Assembly: GCF_018977255.1 (NCBI RefSeq) | Contig: NW_024704751.1 | Coordinates: forward strand, 6,386,001 to 6,450,000 | DNA: 64,000 bases | DNA from: Callorhinchus milii | Lineage: Eukaryota | Reading direction: 5' to 3' | Part shown: positions 43,175-56,600 of the stretch, one piece after another | How the letters are laid out: each line of letters begins with the position of its first letter | How positions within the stretch are numbered: the stretch's first letter is position 1 | Notes under the pieces: generated by a model | The model's database searches: none | The model's input: the letters and a program-made list of their open reading frames with translations, nothing else | Told to the model about the DNA's origin: nothing | Position numbers and translations under genes: made by a program

Positions 43175-46100
43175 ATGTGGGTGTGGGTGGCAATGGTCTT
43201 CCTGCCTTTCCACGGGCGAGGATTTGGCCAGTGCTCGCTCCTACCAGGCTCAGGGCAAGGGAGAGAGACAGCGAGAGTGGGGGGCAGAGAGGACAACCCG
43301 CACATGGTCAGGGTCCTGGTCAACGGCTCTCGCTGCGCCCAGTTGACTCTCTCCGGCCACCGGCGGGTCCTGGTGGAGATCTCAGACGGCCTGGAGATGG
43401 TCAGGTCCACGATGGAGCTGGACCCGGTGGCGGGGGTGGGGGTTGGGAGGATGGTTGGGTGCTCGCTCACCCGGCACCCAGAGGCGGTGGGGACTTTCAC
43501 GAGGTCCTGCAAGGCCAAGGAGGATGAAAGGGGGCGGGAGGGGGTTCTCTCTGCCCTGGGGGAGCAGGGCTGGAGGCTACACATGGAGATGGAGGGGGAG
43601 ATCGGGCGCTGTAGGTCCTTCCAGCATGAGAGAGCGGCTCTGGCCACTACCCGGACCTGGCCCCCGCAACCGAGAAGTTTTGCGGAAATTCTGCAGAAAA
43701 TTTTGCGGAAAATTCTGCAGAAGATTCTGCGGAAAGCCCTGTTCCCCACAGGGCTAAGAGGGGGTTGACTTATCCAGGAACACTCTGGTGCGGAATGGGG
43801 AACAACGCTGACACTTACCAGCACCTGGGTAAGAACCTGCATCAATTAATATGCTTTATTAAAAAAAATGTCCCAAATTTGCTGTTTTAAATTATAATTT
43901 ATATAATTTATATATATATTTTTTTAAAAATCCGCAAATCGTCACGTAACGTTTTGCCATCATTCTTTTATGACCATTTCCCTCCCACTAAAACATTTCA
44001 AATCACTGGGTAACTTTTAGGGATAATTCTTTCGTGATCATCGTACCAAAGAAAAAAAGGTCGTGTGAAATTTTTTTTTTTAATCACAATTTATATTAAA
44101 AATTTCGAATCGCCGGGTAACTTGTCATGAGAATTGTTTGATGATCACTTGAAAACATCTCAATTGAGGTCTAACTTATGTTTAAATCATAATTAAGATT
44201 AAAAAAACATCTCAAATTGCTGTGGAACCTTTTTCATAATTTATTATGAATAAGTCTCAATTGCTGTGTAAATTATAATGTAATATATATGATATTATAC
44301 CAAAAAAAAAATCGACAGACCTAAGCAGTTTGAGAGACAACAACAATGCTTATTCCTAATCAGACTTGGAGCCCAGTTTATTTTTAATCTATTTAAAAAA
44401 ATGTTTGGGGGTGTGGGGGGGGGGTAAAAAAAAGTTTTGAACTTTTGTCAAGTTTGAGTTATTGGGGAAATTATTCTTGGGTGAGGGGAGGAGAAAGGTG
44501 ATTGGAACTGATTTTTCAGAGAGTCTTACTCCTCTCCCCTTTTTCTCACCCCCCCCCCCCCCCACCTTGTCTCCTTCCCCCTCTCCTTCTCTCCCCATCC
44601 TCTCCCTCCCCATTTCCCCCCCCCCCCAAATCCAACCCCACCGTCTCTTTCTCTCTCCCCCTTCCCTCTGGAAGGATTTTGTTAATCTGTTGTGACTGCT
44701 GTATAATGTTGCTTCCTCTCCCACCCGCTTCTTCCCCCCCACAAAAAAAAGGAGAATTCTCAGAAACGGACAAGTGCTGTAGAGAACATGACCATTGTGC
44801 TCATGTCATCCATCCCTGATGTCCAACTATGGCCACCGGAATTTCAGATGGCACACTCTGAGCCACTGTGACTGCGACAATCGGTAAGTCTTATTGCTTT
44901 ATGTAGCAAACGAAAGGTGATTAAAAACGACCAAGTAACCACGTCCGGGTTGGTGGTAGTCTCGGGGTAGATGCCACGGAAAATGATTTAGAATGCGGTC
45001 CGCAGTTTGAGACTGGCGCCCGCAGTCACGTTGTGCAATTGGCTGCCGCGTTTCGCCCACAAAATACGCAGTCAATTCACTTTACGGTACGTCCTGCGAA
45101 GCGCTTTGAGACGTCTCGAAGACGCGATATGGCGCTACGTCAAATGCAAGGGTTATTATTGTTGTCTCTCACCTTTCTGAGGTGTAAGAAAGTCAACAGC
45201 AACAGCAGCGACAACTTGCATTTATATAGTGCCCTTCATGTGGGGCAGCGTCTCAGAGTGCCTAACAGTGGCGGAGCTGAAGCCGAGCCCGGGGGAGAGA
45301 GGAGGTGACCGTACGCACGGTCAAACAGGAAGATCTTTGGTCGGAAAACCAGGGAAGGAGGAGGGATTGGGGGATGAGAGTTCCAAAGCTTCGGGGAATA
45401 GTGGTTGAGAGCAACAACTGCAACTTGCATTGATAAAGCGCCGCTCACGTGGAATGATCTCCCTCCTCTTCCTGTTTTCCTAATGAGGCAATACATTTTT
45501 TTTTGCGAGTGGGCAAAAAAATTAAAGGTCCGTAGTCAGCGAGTCCGCACACACTTCTGCTTGCTGAGAATAAATGTGTCGTTACCATCTGTAACTGATG
45601 CTGTATTTATATTTTACTCAATTATACATACAATGAATGGTTTGAGTTTGACCACGCAGGAATTATAGGTACACGATAACTATATTCGGTCACTTAATCC
45701 ACTACTGTTTGTGGGGCACTGCTGTGGTGCAATTGGATGCCGCGTTTCGGCCACAAATACACAGTCACTACACTTTGCAGTATATCGTGTGAAGCGCTTT
45801 GAGACGTCTTGAAGATGTGATAAGGCGTTATATCAAATGCCAGGATTATTATTCATTATAAAGGCCAGGATATGAAGGAAAGAGAAATGGGAGGAATATT
45901 GAATTTTGGAAATTCTAACATTTGGATTGATTCCCCTCCCCCTCCCCACTCCCCCCCACCCCCCACTCCCGGCAGATTAAAACAATGCTTAAGAGATGTG
46001 AATAATACAGCCTCCAGAGTGGTTGGACAAGCCTTCTTCAACGTGTTGGGGGTGCCATGCTTTGACTTTGTCTATGAAGAACAGTGTGTGGAGAGGTACT

Positions 46101-47723
46101 GGTACGGATGGTGAGTTGACTCCTTAATCTAATGGATCGATCCTAGACATTGGGTGAAAATAATCTTTGGTGGGGAAGGGGGTCTGAGTAAAATTTAGTT
46201 AAATATTGGTTATTGATGAGGAATTCCTGGTTACATCTGAAAAGACGTTTTTGCTCATTTGTGCCTACGTGAGTGGGAGTCATCCCACTCGGCTCCTGTT
46301 AACTCTGCAATGGTCTTTAATGGGTAAGGTGGTCCTAGCTGTACAAGAAGCAGGAAACTTTGCCAGACATTGCTATCAATGGCTAGCTGTGTGGTTTTAG
46401 CTGGTTAGACTCAAGCAGTTACCCCAACACACACTCTGGGTTCCCCAAGCCTTGGCTCTTGCCGACCTGCACCTAATACTTTCCAGAGTTAGGTAAGCAA
46501 GATGCGTCCTTCCAGGGAGAGAGTGCGCATTCCATTCCAACATCTATCTCTGGGATTCCCCCCAAAAAGAGCAAGATCTGGTTTCTATTGGCTTTCCTGT
46601 TGCTTTTTAAAGGTGCAGGAAGTACGATCGGGTGCCCATCGCTGTCCCCAGAGATTCTGTTCTCTATGACTACGGGGGAGACTTGATTGATGACCTAATT
46701 CTGAGGCCAGAGCCTGGTTCGGAGGAGCCCATGACCTTGCCCCCGGCCAGCATTCCCCCGGCATTTACAGCGGCTCCAGGATCTGCCAAGGCAGAGCAGT
46801 CGACTCTGGGTCAGATGCTGAATGTGGCGGAGGATGTCCTCAAAGTCATGGCCACCCGTCACCCAGAGCTCGGCCCATTGCAACGATCCCGGGCCGGCGG
46901 CGGGGACTGACGAGCGCAAAGCGTCCAGAAGGGCAGGAAGAAGGAGAGGAAAGGGAAGAAAGGCAAGAAGAGGAGGAAGGGCAAAGGGAGGAAGAAGCAT
47001 CGCAAAGCCAAATGCAGCACGTCTACCAATCGCTTCCCGGGCCTGGAAGACCAGGGAATGCAGGAGCAAGAACTTCCTGGGTGAGGTGGAGAAGATGGAA
47101 GTGACAGCACCTCAAGCAAAATGTACTGGACAATTCCTTACAATTGGAGAGAAGCGAAGATATATTCAACCATGTGGATGAACGACGACCCCTACAGGGC
47201 TCAACCCATGACTCCAACTTCCCAGACGTTCACTCAAGCGGTCTTGAAACCAGACACCAACTTTCACCTTCGCACGGTGGAAAATCCCGCACCTAGAGAG
47301 ACGACAACGAACCCTAAGCTTTACCACCAGGTCCCCACCGAGTCAGTCCAAAAGCGAGGTCATCTGGGTGGATTCATCAGTGATGAGATACTGTCACTCG
47401 TTGAGGAAGGTCCCAACTCCAAGGCCGTCCAGAAAGGGACTTCTGCCAAAACGCTTCTCAAGGCCACAGCCCACAAAGAGGAGCCTCTCGCCCCGTTGGA
47501 TGTTCGTCGGAATCTTAAGCTGGTGGAAGGCGGATCGAAACTCGAAGCCAACCATCCCGCCCACGCCTCGCAGCAAAGCAGAGGCAAGAATCGGAAACAG
47601 CGTCGCAAGGGCAAGGGAAGGAAAAAGCACCGTCAGAAATCACAGCAGAAAAAAGGACTTGGTTTTACTGAGCACACCTCCGTCTCCCGGGGCAAGACCG
47701 CTCGCAGCGAACTCGCTAACTAG
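43175..47723 (+). pseudogene. PROCA1: PROCA1 / group III PLA2-like gene, copy 1, frameshifted as assembled. Exons 43175-43828, 44752-44883, 45976-46110, 46613-47723.
   Basis: Relative to copy 2: a 1-nt deletion in an A run at about 43686, one in a C run at about 44814, and many indels at 46855-47180. These may be sequencing errors rather than true pseudogenisation. Confidence 0.7.
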
Positions 47724-50700
47724 CGTTTAAAGTTTCATAATCCGTACTTGAAACGAGCCCAAAAAACACAGCATTGGGAATCATACTATAATTCTCTTAA
47801 CCATCACGAAATTGGGTTTAGATGTATTGTCACAAGTACAGGAAACAGAGAACTCCCCTTCCTTTAAACAAAAAACAAATTAAGCCCTTCAAGTATAACA
47901 ACAACTTACATTTATATATATCAAACCCCTGCCCCCTGCCCCCCACCCACGAAAGTGCTCCACAGAGCACTTGGAAGCACGTAAATATATACTCTGTGAT
48001 TTACTGAAGTTTTCTTGTTGGTTTTTGAACCTTTAGCGTATGGGTTCACGATTTGTAAGAGGCAGACTTGCTAAACTTGCTAAAACCCCAACTTGTGCGA
48101 ATATTAACACTGTACATATGTTTCTCCTCGTAAAACTCTTTACAACATTAATTGATGGTAATCGATACAAACTTGAAGTATATTCTTTTTAAGAACGTTT
48201 CATTAAAATAGCTGCATCCTAATGGATATACACATACATATATCTATAATGTGTGTGTGTGTGCGTGTAACTCTTAGTCTGGTTTGGATATTCGAAGCAT
48301 TTTGATGGGTTTCTCCATGTGTCTATCAAACCAAAACAGAGCAAAATCCTTTCCTACTTTGATTCCAACCTTATCCTTACACCCCCACCCACCTCCACCA
48401 CCATCGCCACCAAATATATTGTAGCAAATCCATGGGACAAGATAGATTCTAACATACACAGCCCAGGAAGTCTGTCTATGATGGAAAATTTTCAAAGCTG
48501 TGCATTGAGTCATTCAGTGCGGTTCTGGGGTATGCTGTGTTGTCAGAGATGCAGTCCTTCATATGAGACATTAAAACCAATGCCCGTTCTGCCTAGTCAG
48601 ATGAATAGCAAAGATCTCACTGCCCTGTTTGAAAAATGAAGAGAGTTTCTCTCTCCCGGTGTCCTGGCCATGAATTCCCCCATGGCTGTTCGCTGTGCAC
48701 AAATTGAGGTGCTGATTTTGCCCACAAGTACATGGTTACTGCACTTCACAGTAAATTACAAATGCAAGGATTCCTATCATTACAACCCTATAAATACAAA
48801 TACACAGTCACTACACTTGATAGAATTCACTGTCAAGGTGGTTTGACTGTATCTTGTGGGCGAAACACAAACTATAGAGTCAATTCACTTTACAGTAAAT
48901 TCTGTGAAGCGCTTTGGTTTTGCACCGAAAAGGCTAAGAGACAGCGGCGATTAAAGTAACGGATCCGTGGGGATTTTTTCTTTCCCCTCCTCTCGCTTCA
49001 TAAATAGGATCATTTCTTCAGGCGTGCAAGAGTTTTTTTTTCTTTTCTAATTAAGTGGCTGATCGGACCTGCCTTACAACCCTCCCCTCTTCCCCCCACC
49101 CTCCCCTCTCCCCCCCCCCACCCCCTCTTTCCCCACCCCCAGAATTCACAGGGCATTGACTCCTAAATGCAAACCTCGACCACTTCGCTCAGGTTAAAAT
49201 GTAAGAACCTCTTCCCCGTATCGTTATGGCATTAAATCAAAGCTCCGACACTGCACTCTGGAGGCAGAACAATGCGTTCTATGTCTAAAAGCTCTCTTTA
49301 TATCCCTTGCGCCCTTCACTCCCTCCGACCCTCCCTCCTTCAGAGTATCAGCACTCTCTCCTCTGAGTCAGATGGTTGTGGGTTCAAGCCCCACTTAAGG
49401 ACTAAGCTGACGCTCCAGTGCAGTGCTGGGGGTCTCGTCTGCCTGTTCATGTGGACGTTAAAGATGACACTGTTCGTTAAACGTTACACTGTTCGAAAGG
49501 AGAAGGGAATTTCTCTCTCTCTATGTCCTGGCCAACAATCCCCCGAATAAAATTATTCCTTGCATTTGATACAGCGCCTTACCATGTTGTTGCGACGTCT
49601 CAAAGCGCTTCACAGGATACACTGTAAAGTGGAGTGACTGTGTATTTTGTGGGTGAAACGCGGCAGCCAACTGCGCCTGGCAGTGTCACCACAAACAGTC
49701 CGTGGATTGAGTTAACAATCGATTAACAACCGGGTTCCTACTTACTGCTAGGAAAACCGAGACGTGAGCAGTAAGGAAACTTGCCGGAGGTTTCGCCCTG
49801 CCCTGGAATCAAACCCGGGTGCTCTCGCTTGCGAGGTGAGGGCTCTAACCACTGCGCTACAGGACTCCACATTTCTCCCCTTCCTGCAGCGCGCGCCCCC
49901 CCCCACCCCCTCGATGAAACCGCTCCTTAGCACTCAACGCAAAGTGGGTTTGATACAGCCAGACTCCCTCTCTTTCCTCCCACATTCAATGCAAGTGAAG
50001 CAGCAACGACTCGCTCAGTGCTGGCTGGTTCAGCCGTGAACGAGCCCCACTTGCTGTGAGATGCTCCTCGGCTCTTGCAGACGCCAGGAGCACAGCTGCG
50101 AGGTGCTGGAATCATGGTCACAGCTGCTATTAGCAGGGCGTTAACCGCAAGTAACCCCTCTCTCCCGCCTGAGACCTGCTTTGTGAACAGTAGAGAAAGG
50201 AGTCTGGAGCTCTGTGACCGCAAGTTACCCTGCATTCCACAGCACAGAGCAAGGCTGGAGAGAGAGCACCAGCAAACCTCTCCCGATGGGATTGCATTCA
50301 CATTCACATACACATACATATCTACGTGCATTTGTACGCGTGTATGTACACATGCACACGCGTAAAATAAACGCATGTAAAAAAATAATAATAATAATAA
50401 TAATAATGCGGTCACTCAATCCACGACTGTGTGTGGGACACTCACCGCTGTGCGCAATCGGCCGCCGCGTTTCACCCACAACACATACATTCAATTCGCT
50501 TTACAGTACATTCTGCGAAGCGCTTTGAGACGTCTCGAAGACGTGACAAGACGCTGGATCAAACATAAGGGTTATTATTGTTATTTACAGCGTGTATGCG
50601 TGTGTTTGTGTGTGTGTGTTTCTGTGTGTATTTATGTGTATGTGTAATATATGTTTTATAACACATATATGTGTATGTAATGTATAATGTTTATATACGT

Positions 50701-53188
50701 GTATGTATATCTATCTATACCGTGTATGTATAGATAGCTGTGTGTATGTGCTTCAGGCATACAGGGAGTTTTAGAAAACGTTAAAAGTTTTCGCCAACTT
50801 TCTTCCTGCAAGAAAGTTTGTGGAGTGTCGATTTCACGATCAAAGGGGATTTTTTTTTTGGTGGCTGTTACAAGGTGGGGGGATTGTGGGGGGATTGTGG
50901 GGGGATAGGGAGAAATGTGGGCATGAATAATCTGAAACACGTGTCGAACGTGAAATGCAATCTAGAATGGGCTGAGTATTGAGCATTTTAAGGCGAATGC
51001 ATGCATTTTAATCTAGATTTAATTTCATTTTACATCTAATTTTAATTTTAGATTTAACTTAATTCTAAACCTAGAGTGAGTTGAGCATTGAGTATTGAAA
51101 TTTTAGGTTAACCCATGAAGACTCTCACACACAGACACAGACAAAACAACAGGATAAAGTGTGTGTTTTTTAATCACAAGTTTAGAAAGATCTAAAGGTT
51201 CATTTGTGTGTTTTTGTTCCTTTAAACAGAAGTGTTAAATGCCTCATTGCTCTCTCTCTCTCTCTTCTGTTTTTTTGTTTCTGGGAGTGAGTTAAAAGGA
51301 TCGATTAAGTCTTTATTTCCTTCCCTCTCTCTTTCTCTCTCTTACTCCCTATTTTTCACACTCACTCCCTCCCTCTCTCTCACTCTCTCACACACACACA
51401 CAAACTTATTCTCTCATTCTTTTATTTCCTTCCCCCTCTCTCTCTTACACACACCCCATCTTTCACAAGCTCTCTCTTTCTCTTTCATCCCTCTCTTTCA
51501 CATACACTCTCTTACAGTCCTTTATTTCCTTCTCTCTCTCTCTCACACATACATATCCCTCTCTTTCATTCACTCTCTTTCTCACAGTTGTTCTCACACA
51601 CTCCCTCCCTCCCCCCCCCTCTCTCTCTCCCTTGAGGGCATTCCAACCCCACTTTTCATGCAGAGTTGGTGGAGCTGAATTTACATCCATCCATCCATCC
51701 ATCAGGTGATGGGAGAGAAAGCTCTGGGATTAGAAGGTCGAACTTGCCAAGAACAATTTGATTGATGCAATCTCCTCCCCCCCTCTCTTCCCCCTCCCCA
51801 TCCCCTGGGGGTGGGGGGGGAAGAGTAGAACATCGCCTGTTAACTCGGATGATTTTACATCAGTCGACTTTCTCCATTCACCACTGATGTAGTTAACGTT
51901 TTTATAGGCTGTGAGCAGGACAAAGAGATCTGGGGTAAAGTCACTGGGAATGGCTAAACCATCCTGAACAATGACTCTCAGATAGACTTGCTACGAGCAC
52001 TTTGATAATTCTGTTTGCGAACGTCTTCGGAGAAGAGGAGGAAGGAGGGAGGGAGGAGGGAGGAAAGGGGAAACGTGCGAATGATTAATTGGTTGAAGTT
52101 AGGTGTGTGCCCTTTGTGTGTGTCCTGTAATTGCGGAGGGAGAGAAAGAGGGAGAACAATTCTCTCCTAAAATAAAAATAATAATGAATAATAATAACCC
52201 TTGCATTTGATATAACGCTTTATCACGTCGGTGAGACGTCTCAAAGGGCTTTACAGAATATACTGTAGAGTGGACTGGCCGTGCATTTAAGAACATATAA
52301 GAACATACGAAATCCTGGACGAAAAAAGACCAAGGTCTATCTAGTTTGCCTTCCACCTTCTTGGTGGTCGCATGCAATATAATATCCATGCAATATAAGG
52401 TGACCATAAGCACGGTTGAAAAGGAAGGTCTTCAGGCGCTATCTGAAAAAGGGGAAAGTGGGGGCAAGGTGTACGCATTGAGGGAGAGCGTTCCAGAGTT
52501 TCGGGACGTAGCGGCTGAAAGCATGGTGGGGCGGAGGCGATAGGGCATCGCAAAGCTCAACAAGGTGGTCCGGGCTGTAACAAAGGCGCTGTAAAACAAA
52601 TGCAAAGGTTAGCAACTGCAAATAAACCAGCAAATAAAATTCCGAGGAGAGCCCTGGCTATGTTTGAAAACTTTTTAAACATAGCCTTTCAGAATATTGC
52701 ATGAAAGCAAATAAAGTTATCTGAGCTCTCCTCAAACAGAAGCATTTTTTGAATTGAGGATTTGATATATATATATATATGTGAATATATATATACACAC
52801 ACACAGACAGAACCCCCCACCCCCCACACACACACACACACTTTCATGTGGGAAACTATATGGAGGACACGTTTTAACACGTTCAACTATTTCAACAGGT
52901 TTTGTTTATGAACACATGGAGCGTTGAAGTACAGTTTGTCTGAATGTTCAATGTTCTCACGCTTACATTTATTCCCAGAGAGAGGGAGGGAGGGAGGGAG
53001 GATTGGAGGAGGAGAGAGAGAAAGACGGACAGGACAGACAGAAAACCCACACCACAATGCAGCCCTCAGAAGTTTGGGATAAATCTAAGAAACAAGAACT
53101 TAACGCTGATCGGTCCTTAAACATCATCCGATGTGGGATCGCCAAGGAAACCACTTCATTAACACTCCTCCCTCCCCCTTTTCGAGAG

Positions 53189-53220
<32 letters not shown>

Positions 53221-53692
53221 AGTCTCCTGTCACTCTGCTGGATTCACAGTGGNNNNNNNNNNNNNNNNNNNNNNNNNNNNNNNNNNNNNNNNNNNNNNNN
53301 NNNNNNNNNNNNNNNNNNNNNNNNNNNNNNNNNNNNNNNNNNNNNNNNNNNNNNNNNNNNNNNNNNNNNNNNNNNNNNNNNNNNNNNNNNNNNNNNNNNN
53401 NNNNNNNNNNNNNNNNNNNNNNNNNNNNNNNNNNNNNNNNNNNNNNNNNNNNNNNNNNNNNNNNNNNNNNNNNNNNNNNNNNNNNNNNACTTGCGGTCAG
53501 AGTTGAGGGTAATTGTCAGGGGTGGGGGGTTACGAGAGGGAGAGGTACCTTCTTAACGAGGCGAGTGTTTGGAGCTGAGCTCCAGGGGGGTGGTGGGGTG
53601 GGGGGGGGGGGGAGAGAAGGGAAAGGGAGGCAAATAGTAGGCGCTGTCCCTCGGGTTGTGGTGCTGAAAACTGGTGGCGAACCCAGCTGGAG

Positions 53693-56600
53693 ATGTGGGT
53701 GTGGGTGGCAATGGTCTTCCTGCCTTTCCACGGGCGAGGATTTGGCCAGTGCTCGCTCCTACCAGGCTCAGGGCAAGGGAGAGAGACAGCGAGAGTGGGG
53801 GGCAGAGAGGACAACCCGCACATGGTCAGGGTCCTGGTCAACGGCTCTCGCTGCGCCCAGTTGACTCTCTCCGGCCACCGGCGGGTCCTGGTGGAGATCT
53901 CAGACGGCCTGGAGATGGTCAGGTCCACGATGGAGCTGGACCCGGTGGCGGGGGTGGGGGTTGGGAGGATGGTTGGGTGCTCGCTCACCCGGCACCCAGA
54001 GGCGGTGGGGACTTTCACGAGGTCCTGCAAGGCCAAGGAGGATGAAAGGGGGCGGGAGGGGGTTCTCTCTGCCCTGGGGGAGCAGGGCTGGAGGCTACAC
54101 ATGGAGATGGAGGGGGAGATCGGGCGCTGTAGGTCCTTCCAGCGTGAGAGAGCGGCTCTGGCCACTACCCGGACCTGGCCCCCGCAACCGAGAAGTTTTG
54201 CGGAAAATTCTGCAGAAAATTTTGCGGAAAATTCTGCAGAAGATTCTGCGGAAAGCCCTGTTCCCCACAGGGCTAAGAGGGGTTTGACTTATCCAGGAAC
54301 ACTCTGGTGCGGAATGGGGAACAACGCTGACACTTACCAGCACCTGGGTAAGAACCTGCATCAATTAATATGCTTTATTAAAAAAAATGTCCCAAATTTG
54401 CTGTTTTAAATTATAATTTATATATATATTTTTTAAAAAATCCGCAAATCGTCACGTAACGTTTTGCCATCATTCTTTTATGACCATTTCCCTCCCCCTA
54501 AAACATTTCAAATCACTGGGTAACTTTTAGGGATAATTCTTTCGTGATCATCGTACCAAAGAAAAAAAGGTCATGTGAAATTTTTTTTTTTAATTACAAT
54601 TTATATTAAAAATCTCGAATCGCCGGGTAACTTGTCATGAGAATTGTTTCATGATCACTTGAAAACATCTCAATTGAGGTCTAACTTATGTTTAAATCAT
54701 AATTAAGATTAAAAAAACATCTCAAATTGCTGTGGAACCTTTTTCATAATTTATTATGAATAAGTCTCAATTGCTGTGTAAATTATAATGTAATATATAT
54801 GATATTATACCAAAAAAAAAATCCACAGACCTAAGCAGTTTGAGAGCCAACACAATGCTTATTCCTAATCAGACTTGGAGCCCAGTTTATTTTTAATCTA
54901 TTTAAAAAAATGTTTGGGGGTGTGGGGGGGGGGTAAAAAAAAGTTTTGAACTTTTGTCAAGTTTGAGTTATTGGGGAAATTATTCTTGGGTGAGGGGAGG
55001 AGAAAGGTGATTGGAACTGATTTTTCAGAGAGTCTTACTCCTCTCCCCTTTTTCTCACCCCCCCCCCCCCCCCACCTTGTCTCCTTCCCCCTCTCCTTCT
55101 CTCCCCCATCCTCTCCCTCCCCATTTCCCCCCCCCCCCAAACCAACCCCACCGTCTCTTTCTCTCTCCCCCTTCCCTCTAGAAGGATTTTGTTAATCTGT
55201 TGTGACTGCTGTATAATGTTGCTTCCTCTCCCACCCGCTTCTCCCCCCCCAAAAAAAAGGAGAATTCTCAGAAACGGACAAGTGCTGTAGAGAACATGAC
55301 CATTGTGCTCATGTCATCCATCCCCTGATGTCCAACTATGGCCACCGGAATTTCAGATGGCACACTCTGAGCCACTGTGACTGCGACAATCGGTAAGTCT
55401 TATTGCTTTATGTAGCAAACGAAAGGTGATTAAAAACGACCAAGTAACCACGTCCGGGTTGGTGGTAGTCTCGGGGTAGATGCCACGGAAAATGATTTAG
55501 AATGCGGTCCGCAGTTTGAGGCTGGCGCCCGCAGTCACGTTGTGCAATTGGCTGCCGCGTTTCGCCCACAAAATACGCAGTCAATTCACTTTACGGTACG
55601 TGCTGCGAAGCGCTTTGAGACGTCTCGAAGACGCGATATGGCGCTACGTCAAATGCAAGAGTTATTATTATTGTCTCTCACCTTTCTGAGGTGTAAGAAA
55701 GTCAACAGCAACAGCAGCGACAACTTGCATTTATATAGTGCCCTTCATGTGGGGCAGCGTCTCAGAGTGCCTAACAGTGGCGGAGCCTGAAGCCGAGCCC
55801 GGGGGAGAGAGGAGGTGACCGTACGCACGGTCAAACAGGAAGATCTTTGGTCGGAAAACCAGGGAAGGAGGAGGGATTGGGGGATGAGAGTTCCAAAGCT
55901 TCGGGGAATAGTGGTTGAGAGCAACAACTGCAACTTGCATTGATAAAGCGCCGCTCACGTGGAATGATCTCCCTCCTCTTCCTGTTTTCCTAATGAGGCA
56001 ATACATTTTTTTTGCGAGTGGGCAAAAAAATTAAAGGTCCGTAGTCAGCGAGTCCGCACACACTTCTGCTTGCTGAGAATAAATGTGTCGTTACCATCTG
56101 TAACTGATGCTGTATTTATATTTCTACTCAATTATACATACAATGAATGGTTTGAGTTTGACCACGCAGGAATTATAGGTACACGATAACTATATTCGGT
56201 CACTTAATCCACTACTGTTTGTGGGGCACTGTTGTGTGCAATTGGATGCCGCGTTTCGGCCACAAAATACACAGTCACTACACTTTGCAGTATATCGTGT
56301 GAAGCGCTTTGAGACGTCTTGAAGATGTGATAAGGCGTTATATCAAATGCCAGGATTATTATTCATTATAAAGGCCAGGATATGAAGGAAAGAGAAATGG
56401 GAGGAATATTGAATTTTGGAAATTCTAACATTTGGAATGATTCCCCTCCCCCTCCCCTCCCTACCCCCACCCCCCACTCCCGGCAGATTAAAACAATGCT
56501 TAAGAGATGTGAATAATACAGCCTCCAGAGTGGTTGGACAAGCCTTCTTCAACGTGTTGGGGGTGCCATGCTTTGACTTTGTCTATGAAGAACAGTGTGT

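Noticed and set aside
43012-43845. Long antisense ORFs over PROCA1-like exons (also 53530-54165 and 57208-57840)
   Set aside because: Shadow frames of GC-rich coding sequence.
48823-48828. EcoRI site (GAATTC) at the duplication junction, suggesting a cloning chimera
   Set aside because: The other breakpoint (59341, tagcaatt) is not an EcoRI site, and the junction is not what AATT ligation would produce.
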